Positions 45,193 to 51,594 of a DNA stretch of 64,000 bases are shown here, piece after piece. Every line of letters starts with the position of its first letter. Position 1 is the first letter of the stretch. The notes beneath the pieces were generated by a model. It saw only the letters and a list, made by a program, of their open reading frames with translations. It was not told the DNA's origin and made no database searches. The stretch is from an uncultured Gemmatimonadales bacterium. Lineage in GTDB: Bacteria > Gemmatimonadota > Gemmatimonadetes > Longimicrobiales > RSA9. The translations under genes were made by a program, and so were the position numbers. The stretch lies in assembly GCA_963816355.1 (NCBI GenBank), contig CAWFKH010000006.1, positions 128,001-192,000 of the forward strand. The letters run 5' to 3'.

Positions 45193-46015
45193 CGCGCTCC
45201 TCCGGCAACAGCCGCTCCAGCACCCGCTCCCGTTCGCTCAGGCGGGCGCCGGAGCGGCCCCCGCGTCGCAGCTCGATCAGCTCCGCGGCGATGCTCACCG
45301 CGATCTCGTCCGGCGTCTCGGCGCCAATGTCCAGCCCGAGCGGCGCCGCAACGCGTCCGATCCGCTCGCGTCCGATGCCCTCGCGGAGCAGCGCCGCGAA
45401 CGCGCCTCGCACGCGGCGGCGACTGCCGAGCATCCCAATGTGGCGCGGCGGCGGCTCCATGGCGAGCAGGCGTCGCAGGCAGTCGTAATCGTAGCGGTGC
45501 GCGCGTGTGACGAGCAGCACCCAGCTCGCCGCGCCGACGGCCACGTCACGGAACGGGTCGGAGAAGTCCATGTGCACGAGGCGGCTCGCCGCCGGAAAGC
45601 GATCCGGGGCGGCGAAGCCTTCGCGATCGTCGAGCACCGTGACACGGAAGCCCACGGTCGCCGCCAGCGGCACGAGCGCCGCGGCGATGTGCCCGGCGCC
45701 GACCACCAGCAGCTCGTCCGGGGCGCGATGCACTTCGACGTAGACGCTCCACGCGCGCTCTCCTTCGCGCACCTCCTCGCGCCGCGCCAGCGGCGTGCCC
45801 TCCCCGACCGCCGCGGCGAGGCGCTCGAAGAGCGCCGCGTCGATCGTGGCTTCGCCCGTCGTGCCGACGCGCCCGCCGCCCGCCCGCAGCAACAGCCGCG
45901 CCCCCGGACGCGTGCCCTCTCCGGAGAGCACCGTCGCGACCGCCGCCGTCTCGCCGCCGCGCAGCGCGTCGAGGATCGCGGCGGCGGCGTCGGCGGCGCT
46001 CACGGGGCCGCTCAC
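45182..46015 (-). CDS. xdhC: XdhC family Moco-insertion chaperone (Rossmann XdhC_C domain)
   Basis: VVGAGHIA, DDREGFA, VTRAHRYD, IGMLGSRRR, APLGLDIGAETPDEIAVSIAAE. Confidence 0.9.
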   Translation of the reverse strand: MSGPVSAADAAAAILDALRGGETAAVATVLSGEGTRPGARLLLRAGGGRVGTTGEATIDAALFERLAAAVGEGTPLARREEVREGERAWSVYVEVHRAPDELLVVGAGHIAAALVPLAATVGFRVTVLDDREGFAAPDRFPAASRLVHMDFSDPFRDVAVGAASWVLLVTRAHRYDYDCLRRLLAMEPPPRHIGMLGSRRRVRGAFAALLREGIGRERIGRVAAPLGLDIGAETPDEIAVSIAAELIELRRGGRSGARLSERERVLERLLPEERDGR

Positions 46016-46626
46016 CTCACGCCCCACCGCCGCAGGTCCGAAGGCGCATCCAGGTCCGCGGTCACGCCTGCATCGTCGACGGCGACGTCGTCGATCCGCG
46101 CCGCGTGCGCCGCCACGACGCCGCGTGCGCCGCTCGGCTGCGGCTGCCTGAGCTCGCTGAAGAGGGTGCGGGCGAAGAGCGTGGGGTGGCCGGCCGTCCC
46201 GCCGAACAGCGGCCGCACGATCGGCGCGCCGCGCGTCCGGAACGCATCGAGGAGCGCGGCCACGGTGGCCGCGCCGACCAGCGGATGGTCCGCCGGCTGC
46301 ACGAGCACGGCGTCGGCGGAGGGGGAGAGCGCGTCGATCGCGAGCCGCAGGGAGTCGATCTGCTCGGAGCCCTCGTCGGGATTGACGACGACGCGGGCGC
46401 CGGCCCCGCGCGCTTCCGTGCCTACGGCGGCGGGCTCCGCCGGCGCGACGCAGAGCACCTCCGCGCAACCGCCCTCGCGGAGCAGCCGCACGGCGCGCGC
46501 GACGAACGTCTCACCCGCCACGCGCAGCAGCGGCTTCGGCTCGCCCATCCGCCTCGAGCCACCGGCCGCGAGCACGACCCCCGCCACCGCGCGCGGCTGC
46601 GCCGAACGCTTGGACCGGCTGGGCAC
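46012..46626 (-). CDS. mocA: Molybdenum cofactor cytidylyltransferase (MocA-like NTP transferase)
   Basis: VLAAGGSRRMGEPK, QPADHP, GHPTLF, DLDAPSD; context of XDH-family enzyme. Confidence 0.8.
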   Translation of the reverse strand: MPSRSKRSAQPRAVAGVVLAAGGSRRMGEPKPLLRVAGETFVARAVRLLREGGCAEVLCVAPAEPAAVGTEARGAGARVVVNPDEGSEQIDSLRLAIDALSPSADAVLVQPADHPLVGAATVAALLDAFRTRGAPIVRPLFGGTAGHPTLFARTLFSELRQPQPSGARGVVAAHAARIDDVAVDDAGVTADLDAPSDLRRWGVR

Positions 46627-46754
46627 GCTCGTTCCCCTTTCGTCGGCGGACCGCCACGAGGATGACGCGCGCGGGGTCCGCTCCCGCTCGTCGCTCCACT
46701 GGACGCGGTAAGATGGCCGGAGCGGGCGAAGCGCGTCAACGCGGGGGGGGGGAG

Positions 46755-46794
46755 AAACAGAACCCCCGTCCGCCATGCTGCCGACGAACGGGGG
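46755..46794 (-). terminator. Terminator-like hairpin downstream of the riboswitch-linked small ORF
   Basis: Minus strand: CCCCCGTTCGTC-GGCAGCAT-GGCGGACGGGGG followed by TTCTGTTTC. Confidence 0.55.
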
Positions 46795-46933
46795 AACGGC
46801 GCGCATCTCCCCTGCCAGAAAGAATGCGCGCCGCCTGAAGAGGCACCGTGGAGGGGGATCGGCCACCACGACCGGGTGCCCAGGAAACCGGACGGGCGCC
46901 TACCCCCTCACACGGTGTACATGACGAGTCACT

Positions 46934-47122
46934 TCATCGCAGTGCGGGCTCGTGTACCATCGTCGATCGCACCCGGAGTCTGCCGGTCCGGAGCGTCAGC
47001 CGCGTCCTGCGAGACGTGGAGGCGAGGCTCTCACGGAGCCAGATCACCACGTTCGAGACACGTGAGCCGACGACGAAGAGGTACGCAACAACGAGCACCG
47101 AAAGCAGCACCGCATCGATCAC
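46934..47122 (-). CDS. Unannotated ~62-aa single-TM peptide downstream of the riboswitch
   Basis: Strong SD GGAGGAGGGA just before GTG; MIDAVLLSVLVVAYLFVVGSRVSNVVIWLRESL.. followed by an Arg-rich tail. Confidence 0.6.
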   Translation of the reverse strand: MIDAVLLSVLVVAYLFVVGSRVSNVVIWLRESLASTSRRTRLTLRTGRLRVRSTMVHEPALR

Positions 47123-47183
47123 GATCCCTCCTCCATCCACGGGGACGCGCATCGGGCCGCCAGTCGACCCGGAGGGAACCGGT

Positions 47184-47289
47184 CGATCCACTGGCGGCCC
47201 GGCGAGCGTGGCGGCGCGTCCTTCTCACCGCGTTAGCCCCGTAGCTCTGCGTCACCACCTTTCGGCGGCTTTGCTCTGAGCAGTGATCG
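47184..47289 (-). ncRNA. Cyclic dinucleotide GEMM-I riboswitch (c-di-GMP-I fold; A20 variant, cGAMP-type)
   Basis: Minus strand: GAUCACUG-CUCAGA-GCAAA-GCCGCC GAAA GGUGGU-GACGCAGAGC-UACGGGGCUAA...ACGCUCGCCGGGCCG-C-CAGUGGAUC; P1, GNRA-capped P2, P3 and the conserved core align with the Vc2 aptamer. Confidence 0.88.
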
Positions 47290-47496
47290 TCGGATCGAGC
47301 GCGAACGCCGATCCGGCCGCTCCCTCTTGCAGCCGCCGTGCCCGGACCGCCGCCGTACCTGGCGGGGCGATCATATCTCCGGTCGTTCCAGCCGTTTACG
47401 CGACGCCTACAGCCGTGCCGCCCGCACCGCCGGACCGGCGCGCGGCCGCTACTCCGTATCCATGATCGGGTACTTTTTGCACGATCTGCCCCTCGC

Positions 47497-47525
47497 TTGA
47501 GCTTGCGTCCCCCCCTGCGTAACAT
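47497..47525 (+). promoter_or_regulatory. sigma70-type promoter for a probably leaderless hcrC/hcrA transcript
   Basis: TTGAGC-N17-TAACAT, 6 nt before ATG 47532; no SD. Confidence 0.6.
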
Positions 47526-47531
47526 CAGGGC

Positions 47532-48035
47532 ATGTTCACCCTCGTCCGTCTTCTCGTGAACGGCGACCACCGCGAGGTGGGCGTCCCGGAGCACTACACG
47601 CTGCTCGAGGCGCTGCGCTACGGCCTCGGCCTGACCGGCTCGAAGCAGGGGTGCGACAAGGGAGACTGCGGCGCGTGCACCGTGCTCCTGGACGGCGAGG
47701 CGGTGCTCTCCTGCATCACGCCGGTGCTGGAGGCGGAGGGGCGGGAGGTGACCACGGTCGAAGGGCTCGCGGGGCCCGGCGGCCCGCACCCGCTGCAGGC
47801 GGCGTTCGGCGAGACCGGCGCAGCGCAGTGCGGCTTCTGCACGCCCGGGATCCTAATGTCGGCGGCGGGGCTGCTGGCGCGCGAGGCGGACCCGACGCTG
47901 GAGCAGATCCGCGAGGCGCTCTCCGGCAACCTCTGCCGGTGCACCGGCTACACGAAGATCTACGACGCCGTCCAGATGGCGGCGCGGGTGGCGCGGGAGG
48001 CTGCGGCGCACGCGGCGCGGGAGGCGGAGCGATGA
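47532..48035 (+). CDS. 2x[2Fe-2S] small subunit of an XDH-family enzyme (HcrC/CoxS-like)
   Basis: GSKQGCDKGDCGACTV..SC; QCGFCTPG; GNLCRCTGY. Confidence 0.95.
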   Translation: MFTLVRLLVNGDHREVGVPEHYTLLEALRYGLGLTGSKQGCDKGDCGACTVLLDGEAVLSCITPVLEAEGREVTTVEGLAGPGGPHPLQAAFGETGAAQCGFCTPGILMSAAGLLAREADPTLEQIREALSGNLCRCTGYTKIYDAVQMAARVAREAAAHAAREAER

Positions 48036-50467
48036 GGCCGGAGGAGCTGCGGGGGCGCCAGGCGGCGTCGGCGGTGAGCCCGGAGGCGCTCGAGGCGCTG
48101 GTCGCGCGCGAGCTGCGCGTGGTGGGGCGTCGCATGGCGCGCGTCGACGGAGCGGCGAAGGCGAGCGGCCGCGCGGTCTACACGGACGACATCGCGTTGC
48201 CGGCGATGCTGCACGGCAAGATCCTGCGCTCGACGCACGCGCACGCGCGGATCGTCTCGATCGACACGTCGCGCGCGGAGGCGTTGCCCGGCGTGCACGC
48301 GGTCGTCACCGGCCGCGACATGCCGACGCCGTATTGCATCATTCCGTGGACGCGCGACGAGACGGCGCTGTGCGTGGACCGCGTCCGCTTCATCGGCGAC
48401 GGCGTGGCGGCGGTCGCGGCGGTGGATGAGGACACCGCAATCCGCGCGCTCGACCTGATCGACGTCGAGTACGAACCGCTGCCGGCGTTCTTCGATCCCC
48501 GCGCGGCGCTGCACCCGGCCGAGGGCGCGACGCCGATTCACGCGGCGAAGAAGGAGGGGCGCAACGGCAACATCACGAAGCACGTGCGCCTCGAGTTCGG
48601 AGACGTGGAGGGGCTGCTCGCGGAGAGCGACGTCGTGATCGAAGCGGAGTACCGCTTCGAGGGGACGACGCACGCGCCGATCGAGCCGCACTGCGCGATC
48701 GGCTACAGAGACCCCACGGGCAAGCTGACGGTGTGGTCGTCCACGCAGGTGCCGCACTACCTGCATCGCGAGCTGGCGCGCGTGCTCGACCTGGACGTGG
48801 CGCGCGTCCGCGTCGTGCAGCCGGCCGTCGGCGGCGCCTTCGGCGGCAAGAGCGAGCCGTTCGACCTCGAGTTCTGCGTCGCCGCGCTCGCCATGAAGAG
48901 CGGACGCCCCGTCAAGATCCTGTACACGCGCGAGGAGGTCTTCTACTCGCACCGCGGACGCCACCCGATGGACTTCGTCTGCCGCCTCGGCGCGGACGCA
49001 GAGGGTCACATCCGGGCGGTCGACCACGAGATCCTGATCGACGGCGGCGCCTACGCCTCCTTCGGCCTCGTCACCACCTACTACGCCGGCCAACTCCTGC
49101 CCGCGCCGTACCGCTTCGAGTCGTACCGCTTCGACTCCACGCGCGTCTACACGAACAAGCCGCCGTGCGGACCGAAGCGCGGCCACGGCAGCGTGCAGCC
49201 GCGCTTCGCTTTCGAGGTGCAGCTCGACAAGCTGGCGGAAGCGCTCGACGTCGACCCCATCGAGCTGCGCCGCCGCAACTTCCTGGGCGGCTACACCCGC
49301 ACCGTCAACGAGCTGCGCGTGCAGTCGAACGGCTTCCTCGAATGCCTCGCCGCCGTCGAACGCGCGAGCGGATGGACGGAGAAGTTCCGCCGGCTCCCCT
49401 TCGGCCGGGGCGTCGGCGTCGCCGGCTCCTGCTACATCTCCGGCACGAACTATCCCATCTACCCGAACGAGATGCCGCAATCGGCGGTCCACGTGCAGGT
49501 CGAGCGTTCCGGCCGCGTCACCGTCTTCAGCGGCGCCTCCGAGATCGGGCAGGGCTCCGACAGCCTCGTCGCCTACCTCGTCGCCGAAGAGCTCGGCGTT
49601 CCGCTCGAGTACGTCCGCACCGTCTCCGCCGACACCGACCTCGTCCCGGTCGACCTCGGCGCTTACTCGTCGCGCGAGACCCTCATGGTGGGGAACGCGT
49701 GCCTCGACGCGGCCAGGAAGCTGCGCGTGCGCGTCGTCGATGCCGTGGCCGCCGCGCTCGACATCCCCCGGCCCGCCGTCGCCCTCGCCGGCGGCTGGGC
49801 GTTCGACGCGCGCGACACGGACCGCAAGATGCCGATCTCGCAGGCGTTCAACCTCGCCGAGGCGAAGCACGGCACGCTCGCCGAAACCGGCTGGTACGAC
49901 ACCCCGAAGGAGGGCGTCCACGGCGACTACCGCGGCGGCACCATCGGCGCTTCCCCCGCCTACTCCTTCACGGCGCACGTCGCCGAGGTGAGCGTCGACC
50001 CGGAGACCGGCTTCGTCGACGTCCGCAAGATCTGGATCGCCCACGACTGCGGCCGCGCCATCAACCCCGTCCTCGTCGAGGGCCAGATGGAAGGCTCCGC
50101 CTACATGGGCGCGGCCGAGGCGATCCTGGAGGCGCAACTCTTCAAGGGCGCCGACGAGGGGAAGGCCGGCCTGCACGCGGCGCCGTCGCTACTCGACTAC
50201 AGGATCCCGACCTCCCTCGACACCCCGCTGCTCGAGTCGCTGATCGTCGAGTCGAACGACCCGGAGGGGCCCTACGGCGCAAAGGAGGCGGGCGAGGGCC
50301 CGCTGCACCCCTCCATCCCGGCGATCGCCAACGCGATCTTCGACGCCGTCGGCGTCCGCCTCGACCGCATCCCCTTCGACCCGCCCCGCGTGTGGTCCGC
50401 CCTGCAGGAGGGCGGCGCACGCGAGCGCTGGGAGCGAGCCCGGACCTCCTCCTCCGCCGCGACCTGA
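48032..50467 (+). CDS. XDH-family molybdopterin subunit, 4-hydroxybenzoyl-CoA reductase alpha (HcrA)-like
   Basis: STQVPHY, GGAFGGK, HRGRHP, YTNKPPCGPKRGHG, IGQGS, GAYSSR, GPYGAKEAGEG; ATGA overlap with the small subunit. Confidence 0.88.
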   Translation: MRPEELRGRQAASAVSPEALEALVARELRVVGRRMARVDGAAKASGRAVYTDDIALPAMLHGKILRSTHAHARIVSIDTSRAEALPGVHAVVTGRDMPTPYCIIPWTRDETALCVDRVRFIGDGVAAVAAVDEDTAIRALDLIDVEYEPLPAFFDPRAALHPAEGATPIHAAKKEGRNGNITKHVRLEFGDVEGLLAESDVVIEAEYRFEGTTHAPIEPHCAIGYRDPTGKLTVWSSTQVPHYLHRELARVLDLDVARVRVVQPAVGGAFGGKSEPFDLEFCVAALAMKSGRPVKILYTREEVFYSHRGRHPMDFVCRLGADAEGHIRAVDHEILIDGGAYASFGLVTTYYAGQLLPAPYRFESYRFDSTRVYTNKPPCGPKRGHGSVQPRFAFEVQLDKLAEALDVDPIELRRRNFLGGYTRTVNELRVQSNGFLECLAAVERASGWTEKFRRLPFGRGVGVAGSCYISGTNYPIYPNEMPQSAVHVQVERSGRVTVFSGASEIGQGSDSLVAYLVAEELGVPLEYVRTVSADTDLVPVDLGAYSSRETLMVGNACLDAARKLRVRVVDAVAAALDIPRPAVALAGGWAFDARDTDRKMPISQAFNLAEAKHGTLAETGWYDTPKEGVHGDYRGGTIGASPAYSFTAHVAEVSVDPETGFVDVRKIWIAHDCGRAINPVLVEGQMEGSAYMGAAEAILEAQLFKGADEGKAGLHAAPSLLDYRIPTSLDTPLLESLIVESNDPEGPYGAKEAGEGPLHPSIPAIANAIFDAVGVRLDRIPFDPPRVWSALQEGGARERWERARTSSSAAT

Positions 50468-50744
50468 CGCCGCCGCACCGGCGGAAGGGCGGGCGTAAGG
50501 GCGGACGCCGAAGGGCGGACGCCGAAGGGCGGGCGCCGAGGGCGGGCGGAAGGGCGGGCGTGAGGGCGGGCGCCGAGGGCACCGAGCCGCCGTGGAAGCC
50601 GGGTGCCGCACAGACTGCCGCGGTCTCCCGTCCTCCCGAACCTGCGCGACGGCCGCTCCGCGGCGTCCGTGATCGCCGTCAACTCACCCCCGGCGGCCGC
50701 CATCTCTGATGCGGGGCCGATCGGACCGCGCGAGGCGCGGTCGC

Positions 50745-51291
50745 AATGGTCCCGCGAGGGTGCGGCTTCAAGCGAGGGGCGGAGTTGACCGCTCTCGGAG
50801 CCGTGCAGTGTGCCCCACGCCTAGATGGGTCCGGCGCGGGGGCGCTTTGACGTCCCCGGGCGCCGGCTCGACCCACACAGACCCTTCCGCTCCAGCGGGG
50901 GCCACCCTTCCGCACCCACCGCCCTTGAGGCCATCTTTCGACGGCGTCGCCATCCGCCCGCGCGGGATCCCGCTCGATCCGGCGGCGCGCGATGCGTCCG
51001 GATGCAAGAACCCCCAGCCGCCGGACAAGTCCGACGTCGGGGGTTCGAGACACTGGCGAGAGCCGGGTTCCGCTAGGTTCGGTGCCTTGCCCGAAGGCTC
51101 GGCCAGATCCCACTCTCTCATCCTCGCCGCGCGGCCTCGCGACTCGGCTGCCCCGGCCAGGGGCTTCGACTGCGGCCAGTGACCTCGCAGTCGGCTCGAC
51201 GGGTCCGAACTTCCATCGAGCTGCCTCCGAAAAAGCGTCCTTTCGGGAGGCGACGCCCTCGGCCGTGTTGGCCGCCCGGCCGCTGACGTCT
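50745..51291 (-). ncRNA. Candidate large structured non-coding RNA (family not recognised)
   Basis: Continuous hairpins with cUUCGg and GAAA tetraloops and G-U pairs favouring the minus strand; upstream TTGACC-N17-TATCAT; no credible ORF. Confidence 0.6.
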
Positions 51292-51297
51292 GACACA

Positions 51298-51326
51298 ATG
51301 ATAATGGCACGGAAGACCCCGGTCAA
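51298..51326 (-). promoter_or_regulatory. Near-consensus sigma70 promoter (predicted +1 at ~51291)
   Basis: TTGACC (rc 51321-51326), 17 nt, TATCAT (rc 51298-51303). Confidence 0.7.
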
Positions 51327-51444
51327 GGATTCCGGTTGATCTCGTAACTTCATGCAGCACAACCGTATACGGGAACATAGGCCGATAATGACAAAAGCGC
51401 GATCGAGCCGCCTGGACGCAAAGCGCCGCCGCCGCAGGGGTTCG

Positions 51445-51540
51445 GGTTTTGTAACGGTTTCAATTCACAAATTTATGGAAATTTTCCACGGCGTCTCCAC
51501 ACTCGCCCACGCGATTGTCCACGGATCGGTGTGGAAAAAC
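51445..51540. promoter_or_regulatory. AT-rich cluster of DnaA-box-like 9-mers (oriC-like or DnaA-regulated site)
   Basis: TGTGGAAAA 51530-38 (perfect TTWTNCACA on minus); TTTTCCACG 51482; GTCTCCACA 51493; TTGTCCACG 51515; CAATTCACA 51461. Confidence 0.55.
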
Positions 51541-51594
51541 CATGCGCCGGAGGGAGCGGCGGGGCCGCGCGCGGCGTCGCGCCGGCGATCGGGG

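Noticed and set aside
51060..51130. RNase P or glycine riboswitch similarity (GAACCCGGCU, GAGAGA..CACCGAA)
   Set aside because: GAGGAAAGUCC and GAAGG..CUCUCAGG core motifs are absent
50679..51362. 227-aa and 180-aa ORFs on the minus strand
   Set aside because: No recognisable motifs, atypical codon usage, and the promoter lies inside the ORF start region; better explained as structured RNA
51352..51594. N-terminal 81 codons of the SBP ORF
   Set aside because: Runs through the AT-rich DnaA-box/promoter region; the lipoprotein signal begins near 51595
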